Shown: in pieces, positions 20,676-29,546 of the stretch
Position numbering within the stretch: position 1 is the stretch's first letter
Layout of the letters: every line of letters begins with the position of its first letter
Notes under the pieces: generated by a model
Told to the model about the DNA's origin: nothing
The model's input: the letters and a program-made list of their open reading frames with translations, nothing else
Database searches by the model: none
Made by a program: the position numbers and the translations under genes
NCBI GenBank assembly: GCA_000002445.1
Contig: CM000208.1
Coordinates: forward strand, 2,688,001-2,752,000
Origin: Trypanosoma brucei
Lineage: Eukaryota
Direction of reading: 5' to 3'
DNA: 64,000 nucleotides

Positions 20676-22193
20676 ATGAGTGACAGTGACACTGATTCGT
20701 ACGACCCGTCAGAGAACGCTGTTGTGGAAACCATCTGTGTCCCCGAGGCTCCGCGGCGGGGATGTGCTTCTGCCGCTATTGAAGCTTCGCGTTCTTCCCA
20801 TGTTGTTGGTCAGACGGCATTCCCTTCGTTGTCAGTGTCAGCTGATGCAGCGTCAGGCGCGACCGGTTCTAAGATAGGTGCAATCTCTCCTCTGGATGAA
20901 ACTTTTCTGCTTCGTGGTATTGGTGGACGTGTACGCTCCGTGTGCATTAATCCCATGGGGTCTATTTTGTGCGCTGGTGGTGAGTGCGGCTCTCTCTGTT
21001 TTTGGGATTTTGCTTCTCCCTTGAAGAGTCGCTCGGTGAACCCCACGCGCATTCTCACCCCCTTTCCCAACAGGATTTCAGGATTTCAAGCTGTCATTTC
21101 TGTGCACTCAGCGTGTGATGGGTCATATTTTGTTGCCTGTCAGGACGGAGATTCCCCTGTTCTCGTTGCCGCCAATGGAAAGCAGTTGGGATACTGCTCC
21201 ATGGGTGAACGGGGTATGGTGGATGTTGTCAAATGCAAGGGTCATCGGGGCCCTGTTACGTCCTCCGCACCATCTCCAACGCTGGCCTCACGTTTTTTCA
21301 CTGGTTCGCAGGACAGCACTGCCCGTGTGTGGGACGCTGCTTCGTTTGAGACTAATTCCGTGTACGCTGTGAAGCACGGGTCTGGCCAGCTCCTGGAGAA
21401 TGTCGTTGTGGAGAGCGTCCTACCTCTTCTCAGTGTTGGCAGTGACAAAACATGTGTGTTTGCCTCCGGTGGGGAGGACGGACTTGTACAATTATGGGAT
21501 TCACGACTGAAGTACCGACCTGGCGGTGTATTTAGCGTACTCGACATGTATGGCAGCGGAGGTTTGAGCAGCTCGTCGTGTGGATCTTCACATGGAAGGC
21601 GAACAGCGCATGATACGTTCAGTGAAGAAAGGCACGTTGGTGGTATGGCAGAACCTGACCCCACGTACCCCACATTATGTGTGCGCTGTGGGCCACTGGT
21701 GCGCATTGTGGACTTGCGCAATCCGGCCAAGAGTGGCACTGTAGTGGACGTGTGCCCGCCCCTTACCGGCCTGCCCTCTTCTACAGATACAGGACCGCTG
21801 GTGACGTGCACGAGTGAGTCCTTCTCTAAGGGGAAGCCGTCGTTCATCGCGTGCACGAGCCGTAGTGGTTACCAACATATAGCCGGAGGCCATATTGTGC
21901 AGTTCACCTGCACAAGCGGGAACTATGAGCCGTCCATGGTCTGGCGTCCGGCCTCTGCGGATGCTGACGTAGTGGCCGTAGCTGTCGATGCCACACAGCA
22001 GCAGCTGTTTGCAGGAACACAAAATGGCACCGTTGTTGCGAGAATCAAGTGTACGGGGACGGATGTTGCCGTCGCTGGACCGAACGTACAGACGTGGTTT
22101 GGGTCGCGACCAATGTCGGAGCCCGGTATGGTGCGGCAGAAACGTGGGAGGGCTGAGGGCAATTGTGACGACGGAGATGAGCTGAGATTGTAG
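20676..22193 (+). CDS. WD40-repeat protein, hypothetical
   Basis: 505-aa ATG ORF with WD-like repeats (CFWDF, TARVWD, LVQLWD). Confidence 0.55.
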   Translation: MSDSDTDSYDPSENAVVETICVPEAPRRGCASAAIEASRSSHVVGQTAFPSLSVSADAASGATGSKIGAISPLDETFLLRGIGGRVRSVCINPMGSILCAGGECGSLCFWDFASPLKSRSVNPTRILTPFPNRISGFQAVISVHSACDGSYFVACQDGDSPVLVAANGKQLGYCSMGERGMVDVVKCKGHRGPVTSSAPSPTLASRFFTGSQDSTARVWDAASFETNSVYAVKHGSGQLLENVVVESVLPLLSVGSDKTCVFASGGEDGLVQLWDSRLKYRPGGVFSVLDMYGSGGLSSSSCGSSHGRRTAHDTFSEERHVGGMAEPDPTYPTLCVRCGPLVRIVDLRNPAKSGTVVDVCPPLTGLPSSTDTGPLVTCTSESFSKGKPSFIACTSRSGYQHIAGGHIVQFTCTSGNYEPSMVWRPASADADVVAVAVDATQQQLFAGTQNGTVVARIKCTGTDVAVAGPNVQTWFGSRPMSEPGMVRQKRGRAEGNCDDGDELRL

Positions 22194-22486
22194 AGTTTTG
22201 GATTGTTGGTGAAAGTGTCACTCCAGTTGGGATGTCTGTTGGTTTGCTGTCACTTCGCCTCTTTAATCTTCGTTGCTCTGGCGCCGACGGTGAATCGGTC
22301 GTGATTCGTAATCTCCCACTTCTCACTTGGGATTGCGTGTTTGGTGTAAAGTTATCTCTCCAATTCTTCTTTTTTACTGCTTACAGTTGCGACATTTTTT
22401 CCTTGTAGAACCAGCGGGTTCTTCCTGTTCGTAGATTTTCCCCTCGGGGACTTTTCTTTCTACCCGCTTGCTTCCGTTTCTTGGAG

Positions 22487-23602
22487 ATGTTGCAGGGGGA
22501 AATGGCTTGCCACAGCAAGACCAACAACGTGAGAGGCAGCGATGATTCTAGTGGCACCAACAAGTTGGACACTAGTCGTTCCCCTGAGGTGGATTTTGGC
22601 CCACCGCCGAAGTATGACGATATATTTCAGTTTATCGCTGAGCATGCTGGGCGGCTTCCACGAAATGCTTACACAGGTACATCCCCGTACGAATACACTG
22701 GATGTGACTATGCTCTCGTTCTATACGCCATAATGCCCAGCAAATGCATTGACCTTTCCCGTCTCTGCTGGTCCACAGCACCACTTTCTTCCCAGTTGGA
22801 GGGGAACCTTGTTGCTTTTTGTGAGGGTGCTCTTGGCTTGCAGCTGAGTGACGCTCCGGTCAGTTCTCTAACGCCACACAGTTTACGTACGTCTCCGTCT
22901 TGCATTATGCACCACATGAAGGTACAGCACTGGCTCTATAACTTATCACTGAGGTTCCCCCCTGACGAAGGCTTTGACGCGGCGACAATTCGCATGAAAT
23001 ATCGCCATGCGCAACTTGGTGAGCCACATCTAACGGCAAAGCAGTCAATGATTCCTGCGACTGCGTCATCTTCGCCCCTTCCCACTCCTGAGATGCACCT
23101 ACTGCGGCCAAATGTGTCGGGGCAGCGGAACCCTCCTTATGCACACTGCCAGTCTTTATGGGAGTCGCCGTTACTCGAGGTTGAGGGTTTCGCGTCCACC
23201 CGTGGGGAGGTAGCGGCGCTGGCAGCTTCTTGTGTAGAAGATATTAAGTCTCAGGAGAGACCACCAAAAGGTTATGAAAGGCGCTGGAGGTCAGGCGTTC
23301 CGGATGCCGGAGGCCCCGTAGGTGCGGGAGGCAGAGCGAGAAACGTACGGCAAGAACACGGGAAGGTCACTTCTATGACCGTTAACTCTGTGACATCTGG
23401 CGCTGCGAAAGGTGCACCACCCAATAACTTGGCGGAGCAGTGGTGCGAGTCGGAGTCACGCCGGTTACATCTGAAGGATACTCTGCTGCGCGCTCGACGT
23501 GAGGCCCACAGCACGCTTTTTGGCGACGGGGTGATCAATTTTGATAGTGTTCTTTCAATATTACAGGGAGGAATTCCTGCGTTTTCGAACGCGGCGCAGT
23601 GA
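22487..23602 (+). CDS. hypothetical protein
   Basis: Track start 22481 is TTG; ATG two codons downstream. 371-aa ORF on the coding strand. Confidence 0.5.
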   Translation: MLQGEMACHSKTNNVRGSDDSSGTNKLDTSRSPEVDFGPPPKYDDIFQFIAEHAGRLPRNAYTGTSPYEYTGCDYALVLYAIMPSKCIDLSRLCWSTAPLSSQLEGNLVAFCEGALGLQLSDAPVSSLTPHSLRTSPSCIMHHMKVQHWLYNLSLRFPPDEGFDAATIRMKYRHAQLGEPHLTAKQSMIPATASSSPLPTPEMHLLRPNVSGQRNPPYAHCQSLWESPLLEVEGFASTRGEVAALAASCVEDIKSQERPPKGYERRWRSGVPDAGGPVGAGGRARNVRQEHGKVTSMTVNSVTSGAAKGAPPNNLAEQWCESESRRLHLKDTLLRARREAHSTLFGDGVINFDSVLSILQGGIPAFSNAAQ

Positions 23603-23920
23603 CTCCATTCGGTAATAATGAGCAATGCTTCGCCGGATTATTAGAAAGGGGGCGCGGGTTTTGTTTTCGGAACGTACCTGTGTTCTCGCCAAGTCACATA
23701 CTGCATGGGTTACGCACACAAATCTATTCTTTACCCTATCAGGAACCAGATACCCCTTTGTATTTGGTCATTGTCACGGAACATGCACTACGTGCTTGTG
23801 GGCACCGGAATCACCCTCGATGATACCTTGCTTGCATGCAAGCAATATACCTATACTCCATTTTTGCCGTTAATATTACCACGAATTTCTAATTAACAGT
23901 TTAACTGTAGTAAATGGAAT

Positions 23921-26101
23921 ATGCGAGGCCGATTCTTGTCATCGACTTTTCGGCTGGGATTATATCGAACGAAGCAGCATGTGCGTGCCGGTTCGAAGGG
24001 TCAAGAAGATCAGTTCTCCTCTCGCGCATCACATATCATAAGCAGACGCGTTCGTGCTGTGGACTGGCTTTATATGGATCCTGTTGAAAAGTGGACAATA
24101 CTCGTCGACCTTGGAAGGAGGGCTCCGATGTTGCTTGAGGACGCCCTCTCTGGAGCCCCTCCAGGAGGGGAGCAAGGTGTCAAGGCAGAGATGAATCTAT
24201 TAGGAAGGTTGCTGTGTTATTGCCCTTGTGTTTCCAGGAATGGAAAGCGTGCGGCTGCAGCTGTGAGTGAGGAGCACCTTTGTGGTGTGTCTTCGCAGAA
24301 GCACAGAGGTTTGATTGATGGGCTACCTTACTGCGTCCGCCTGCAACTGTGTTTGTCGTTTCTTATGTGGGTACGATCACTCCGAGACGTACAGAACACA
24401 CTTGCACACCTACGAATGCCATTTGCCACCACGCGTCGCTTTAAACGTGGAGTTGTTGCCGATGTTTTCCCAACTTGTCTATCGGAGATGTGCGTTGATC
24501 CCTTTACTACTGTAAGTCTGATGATGGACGAGTCCCTCAACAGCACCGCCGAGCAGGTGCCCGCCCCTCATGCGTGGCGTCCTGACGGTTACTACGAGGA
24601 CGAGGAGGAACGGAGAGCTTGGAGCTTCGCATCGAGATTAGGAAAGAGGAGGTCCTCCTGTATTCCTAGCGGTGGTGGTACGGCCGACAGTGGTGTTGCT
24701 AGTGGTCAGTCACGTCGCCGGCGTTCGTGTGTGGGTCTCACCGGTCGGGATATGGTAATGCTTCGCGAAATACAGGGAATGCGTCCAGTTCCCAGTGATG
24801 ATGATGTGCTGGCAGGCCGATCGGGTCTACATGTTGGCCGGCTGCGGTTGCAGGCCCCTCCTACAAACCTGGGACAGTCGTACACAAATGGCCTGTCGGC
24901 TTCATCATATGCGCTAAGCGACGCTCAGCGAGGTGCACTCCCTTCCCCGCTTGCGGTTGACAATGAGGAGGATGAAGTTTACCATCATAACATTCATCGT
25001 GGTGAGGGATGTCCACTAGACGAAAGTGGTCAGTTGGAGTGCACGCCTATTCACATACCCGTTTCGCTTGCTGCGGACAGAGTCGTCATCACGCGTCACT
25101 GTGCTATGGCACACGCTGCTATATTGACATCACTTTTTGTCGAGGGACGAACCGTACAGTTTACCACAAACCATCCACTACTGCTAGATTACGTGTCTTT
25201 CCTTTTTGCTGAGCTTGTTGAGGCTGGGTGGGTAAGTGCGGCGATATGTGAGGAAAGCCTGCGTCCATATGTGCCTTTGTGGGCGGTAGCGGAGAGCGTG
25301 CTGGTATTGGTCCCACCGAAGGATACCGAGGTATGTCGTACCCATGACGTCCGGGGCACGGCGGACATGATCGTTCAGTGCGCCCCATGCTCCGTTCTTA
25401 CCGAGGATGTAGGACAAATCTCTGGGAGCCGCTTTTACCGAGATTTGAGAGAAGAGGTACAGAGGCTACAAGCCACTTTAATTTCTCGAGGAAATGATGC
25501 GAGTTGGCGGGTGTCGTGGGTTCCGGTTTCGAAATCAACATCACTTTATGCAACTCCTCAGAAAGTCGATTGCGGTGATGCGGGGGAGTTCCAGACTTCA
25601 GTGAACGAGGTACTCCGCCACTGTCACACAGTCACGTTTCTTTACACACCGCGCAACTGTAGGTTTACCCCTCGTGAGATGGAGGGCTGGTGGTGGAACG
25701 GCCTCCCCAGAAGCGTGCTTGTGGTGGGTGTGAACAGTCACCCCTTGGACATTGTTTACTTCTTTCCACAGGCACCATTTTTACATAAGAAGGTTGGTAA
25801 CGCGTTCCGGTACCGTGCCGTACGGCGTGTGCTTTTAAGAAAGAACGTACACGGCGGGAGGGAGGGCATTGTGCGCAACTGGCTATACCGCAGTCTTTGG
25901 TGTCGTGGGTTGGCACGCACGGGCCTTCAGGGACAATTGGCCGTGAAGGACAAGATGCGTGTATTGCCCGGCGGGGATGTTACCAAAGGTGGTGAGCATG
26001 CTGTAGACGCTCTGAAGTGGGAGCGTACGGTTGATTACCTAGCCAACCCTGGAAAGATGACGTGGATGGCTCTCGTGGCTGCGAAGCTGCTTCATATTTA
26101 A
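23921..26101 (+). CDS. hypothetical protein (726 aa)
   Basis: Long ATG-initiated ORF; no family recognised. Confidence 0.55.
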   Translation: MRGRFLSSTFRLGLYRTKQHVRAGSKGQEDQFSSRASHIISRRVRAVDWLYMDPVEKWTILVDLGRRAPMLLEDALSGAPPGGEQGVKAEMNLLGRLLCYCPCVSRNGKRAAAAVSEEHLCGVSSQKHRGLIDGLPYCVRLQLCLSFLMWVRSLRDVQNTLAHLRMPFATTRRFKRGVVADVFPTCLSEMCVDPFTTVSLMMDESLNSTAEQVPAPHAWRPDGYYEDEEERRAWSFASRLGKRRSSCIPSGGGTADSGVASGQSRRRRSCVGLTGRDMVMLREIQGMRPVPSDDDVLAGRSGLHVGRLRLQAPPTNLGQSYTNGLSASSYALSDAQRGALPSPLAVDNEEDEVYHHNIHRGEGCPLDESGQLECTPIHIPVSLAADRVVITRHCAMAHAAILTSLFVEGRTVQFTTNHPLLLDYVSFLFAELVEAGWVSAAICEESLRPYVPLWAVAESVLVLVPPKDTEVCRTHDVRGTADMIVQCAPCSVLTEDVGQISGSRFYRDLREEVQRLQATLISRGNDASWRVSWVPVSKSTSLYATPQKVDCGDAGEFQTSVNEVLRHCHTVTFLYTPRNCRFTPREMEGWWWNGLPRSVLVVGVNSHPLDIVYFFPQAPFLHKKVGNAFRYRAVRRVLLRKNVHGGREGIVRNWLYRSLWCRGLARTGLQGQLAVKDKMRVLPGGDVTKGGEHAVDALKWERTVDYLANPGKMTWMALVAAKLLHI

Positions 26102-27192
26102 CGCTACATGTGCTTTGCCAAAGGAAGGGAGGGAGTAACTGCTCTCAGACCTCCATTTTCCCCTTGTTCTTTTTTTTTCCGTGTGTACGTTATCTGTGGT
26201 CCTTGGAGTCTAGTACTATTCCATATTGTGTCTGTGTAAGTGTGTAGTGGGGTATCGTACACGTTATATTCTATATATCGCCCTTCATAACATTTTTAGG
26301 CACTTATTGTATATATTGCATTGTGTTTGTACGGTGCCGCTTTCTGCATTTCACTTACTGGCAGTTACACTGGCCAGCTTTGCGCTGAAGGCACCCCGAC
26401 TCACCAGACATTCAATCCACAAGTCTCCGTCGGGCCTGCCAATTCTGCGGTACCTTCTGAACCTCTGCTGTGTTAACTTAAGCGTGGTGGCGGTCAAATC
26501 TACTTATCCCTTTACATCGGTTGGGCAAACATCGCGTTCACAGAAAGAATGAAAGTTTCTACTGGTAAGTGTGGTGTCATCAGCAGGGCCCTGCTCAGTG
26601 GAAGCGGTGTAAGGTCCCCACCGAAAGGAAGCTCGTAGATGTGCATGGAGACCCCTGGCGGCACCGAGAAAAAAAATGTACTTTCTATGCCGAGCGCGTG
26701 CTTTGCAGAGCGTCCGTTTTTTAAAGATTTGAACACGGCAGGCACCGCTTCAACTCTATCAAGTTAACGTGGAGTAGGTATTCTTTCGGCAACCGTACGC
26801 TTCAGCGTGTCCCCTTTAAGAACAGACTGCATATACGGCGTTGTCGGTTGGGCCAGTGGCAAATTTTATCCCTGCAGCCCTATCTCGCAACTCCTAGAAC
26901 CCCTATTTGTTACATTGCATTAAATATGTAGCCTTAACATGACGAGTGAGGAGCGCTATATCTTCTTCACCAAGTGCAGAATTAACCGTCTGAGTACTTT
27001 ATCACTTTGAAGTGAAGCGCAACCTGATTTACCGGTTACATGCTGTTTCCTCCCTTTGTTTCCACTTAAGCCTCCTCTCTCGTATACCCGGAAGTTTGTT
27101 ACGTAGCCGTTGCTCAGGGAGTTCTGTACGCCGCTGAGTGGTATTGCTCGCTTAGTGGAGCGATTTACTCCCCAGATTTGTTATGTGAGGAG

Positions 27193-27270
27193 TGATCGCT
27201 GATGAAGTTGATATGGTCCGTGTTTCAGATCGCTGAATTGACGCACAATAGCATATCTTCTGAGTTCTGC
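27193..27270 (+). ncRNA. candidate C/D box snoRNA (U18-like), copy 1
   Basis: C box UGAUGA 27200-27205, D' CUGA, D box CUGA 27260-27263. Guide GGUCCGUGUUUCA (27215-27227) is a perfect 13-nt antisense to the conserved LSU rRNA block UGAAACACGGACC. Confidence 0.5.
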
Positions 27271-27409
27271 ACTGCCCCCCTGTACTATCGCTGTTTTGAA
27301 TGCTGTTGTCAGGTGTTGTTAGTTGGGCCAGTGGCAATTTTTATTCATTCGGCCCTCTCCCACAACTCCTAGAACCCCTATTTGTTACATTGCATTAAAT
27401 ATGTAGCCT

Positions 27410-27475
27410 TAATATGACGAGTGAGGAGCGCTATATCTTCTCCACCAAGTGCAGAATTAACCGTCTGAGTACTTT
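27410..27475 (+). ncRNA. second, weaker C/D-like module, copy 2 (also at -475 and +475)
   Basis: Degenerate C box AUGACGA (27414-27420) and CUGA (27465-27468) about 50 nt apart. Shares GUGAGGAG..AUAUCUUCU..CUGAGU with the U18-like module. Confidence 0.25.
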
Positions 27476-27589
27476 ATCACTTTGAAGTGAAGCGCAACCT
27501 GATTTACCGGTTACATGCTGTTTCCTCCCTTTGTTTCCACTTAAGCCTCCTCTCTCGTATACCCGGAAGTTTGTTACGTAGCCGTTGCT

Positions 27590-27654
27590 CAGGGAGTTCT
27601 GTACGCCGCTGAGTGGTATTGCTCGCTTAGTGGAGCGATTTACTCCCCAGATTT
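27590..27654 (+). ncRNA. candidate H/ACA-like (AGA-box) snoRNA, copy 2 (also at -475 and +475)
   Basis: Single hairpin closed by a 6-bp stem GGGAGU(27592-27597)/ACUCCC(27642-27647) with inner stem UCGC/GCGA, followed by c-AGA-uuu (AGA 27649-27651). Trypanosomatid H/ACA-like RNAs are single hairpins with an AGA box. Confidence 0.35.
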
Positions 27655-27667
27655 GTTATGTGAGGAG

Positions 27668-27745
27668 TGATCGCTGATGAAGTTGATATGGTCCGTGTTT
27701 CAGATCGCTGAATTGACGCACAATAGCATATCTTCTGAGTTCTGC
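27668..27745 (+). ncRNA. candidate C/D box snoRNA (U18-like), copy 2
   Basis: C box 27675-27680, guide 27690-27702, D box 27735-27738. About 70 nt from C box to D box, typical of trypanosomatid C/D snoRNAs. Confidence 0.5.
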
Positions 27746-28142
27746 ACTGCCCCCCTGTACTATCGCTGTTTTGAATGCTGTTGTCAGGTGTTGTTAGTTG
27801 GGCCAGTGGCAATTTTTATTCATTCGGCCCTCTCCCACAACTCCTAGAACCCCTATTTGTTACATTGCATTAAATATGTAGCCTTAACATGACGAGTGAG
27901 GAGCGCTATATCTTCTCCACCAAGTGCAGAATTAACCGTCTGAGTACTTTATCACTTTGAAGTGAAGCGCAACCTGATTTACCGGTTACATGCTGTTTCC
28001 TCCCTTTGTTTCCACTTAAGCCTCCTCTCTCGTATACCCGGAAGTTTGTTACGTAGCCGTTGCTCAGGGAGTTCTGTACGCCGCTGAGTGGTATTGCTCG
28101 CTTAGTGGAGCGATTTACTCCCCAGATTTGTTATGTGAGGAG

Positions 28143-28220
28143 TGATCGCTGATGAAGTTGATATGGTCCGTGTTTCAGATCGCTGAATTGACGCACAATA
28201 GCATATCTTCTGAGTTCTGC
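28143..28220 (+). ncRNA. candidate C/D box snoRNA (U18-like), copy 3
   Basis: C box 28150-28155, guide 28165-28177, D box 28210-28213. Confidence 0.5.
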
Positions 28221-28544
28221 ACTGCCCCCCTGTACTATCGCTGTTTTGAATGCTGTTGTCAGGTGTTGTCGGTTGGGCCAGTGGCAACTTTTATCCCTGC
28301 AGCCCTATCTCGCAACCCCTAGAGCCTGTAGTCGTTAGGGTTGTTGTGACGGTGTTTTAACTTTGTGGATGTGTGATTCTTCATGTGGTGGCGGTCGTAG
28401 TTGACTTTTTGGTCTTGCCTTGAGCTATTGATATCGAGCGCCCTGTTATAGTCTTTGACCGGCACAGTTTACTTAAATTTCTTTTGTTTAATATGAATGC
28501 TAAGTAGGGAATAGCGAGTCTGCGCCCTTTGGCCCTTCTCGGAC

Positions 28545-29546
28545 ATGTCATTGTTTGATGATGATGATGATGTGGGGTCTTCAGTTTCGTCCACTGAGGG
28601 CGATCTTAACGAGAGTGTTGTACCCATGAGCACAGTAAGGACGGGCGGGGTTTGTGTGAAGACTGAAGCTAAGACTAATGGACCTCGCACAGGACTTGAG
28701 GATGTGCACCGGTTTACGCTTAGCGTTGAGGAAACGCAGCGGGCAGAGGAGCGGAGGCGTGTAGAGGCGAGTAAAAGACTTTTACTATCAACTGACGGTG
28801 GCTTAATTCCGAATTCGTGCGGCGGTCCTTCATCTCAGGAGCGGAGTCGGTTCGGGTCCTCTATAGCGGAGGCTCTCCGTCTTCGTAGTGAAACACGGGA
28901 GAGGGTGCTACTACAACGCATTCTGAGGCAGCGGCGAGAAGAGGAGGGCAATGAAGAGTTGGCGGAGAAGGATATGGAGGTTGGTGTATTTATCACTCCG
29001 CAGTACCTTAGTGCTCTCAAGCGTCAGAGAAGTACGCGAGCGACATCCCCCGGAGGTCTTGCAAAGCAAACAGAAAACACGGAGGATATGGACCCACTGG
29101 AGTTGTATGTGCAAGAGTTGGAGGAAAGACGTCGGGTGGTGGGAAAAAAAGATCATGACTCGTCTGATGTTGGCACCAACAGGAACGATGGGGGTAGGGA
29201 CCAAGATATGGGGCTGAGAGTGCACTCGGCACAGGTTGTTTCAGGAAATAAGCAACCGGAACATGTGGAACGAAGTGGTGTGACGGGCATTCCTTGCGGC
29301 CACGATGTTGTCTATTCTGTGAAAGCAAGTAGTGGCGCGTGGGTCCCCACTGGTACTAACGGCGCTGTAATTGATGTTTCCGGCGCGGCCGCACCAGCAT
29401 CTCCGAGTCCGACGGCGAACTCCGCGACCCCCCAGGAGGCGCTGCAGGAGGTTAGATGGAGACGGCAAAAGCCGCGTGCGGACCGTTCGTTTATAGAGTC
29501 CGCAGCCACACGGTTTAATAGACGATCTATGGACCGTTTTGTGTAA
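28545..29546 (+). CDS. hypothetical protein (333 aa), acidic N-terminus
   Basis: ORF on the coding strand beginning MSLFDDDDD. By my hand count the ATG may sit 1 nt off the track coordinate; track coordinates used. Confidence 0.5.
   Translation: MSLFDDDDDVGSSVSSTEGDLNESVVPMSTVRTGGVCVKTEAKTNGPRTGLEDVHRFTLSVEETQRAEERRRVEASKRLLLSTDGGLIPNSCGGPSSQERSRFGSSIAEALRLRSETRERVLLQRILRQRREEEGNEELAEKDMEVGVFITPQYLSALKRQRSTRATSPGGLAKQTENTEDMDPLELYVQELEERRRVVGKKDHDSSDVGTNRNDGGRDQDMGLRVHSAQVVSGNKQPEHVERSGVTGIPCGHDVVYSVKASSGAWVPTGTNGAVIDVSGAAAPASPSPTANSATPQEALQEVRWRRQKPRADRSFIESAATRFNRRSMDRFV

Larger units (their letters stand above)
26841..28322. repeat. tandem array, 475-bp unit x 3.1 copies, >99% identical; candidate snoRNA gene cluster
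   Basis: Period 475 seen directly (identical 61-codon minus-strand pseudo-ORFs at 27152, 27627 and 28102). Copies differ by only 2-3 substitutions. The array is bounded by ~57-bp variant junction sequences. Confidence 0.9.

Noticed and set aside
27152-28287. Three identical 61-aa minus-strand ORFs (27152-27337, 27627-27812, 28102-28287)
   Set aside because: They arise simply because the 475-bp unit is repeated. They are antisense to the proposed snoRNAs and have no protein-like features. Treated as artefacts of the tandem array.
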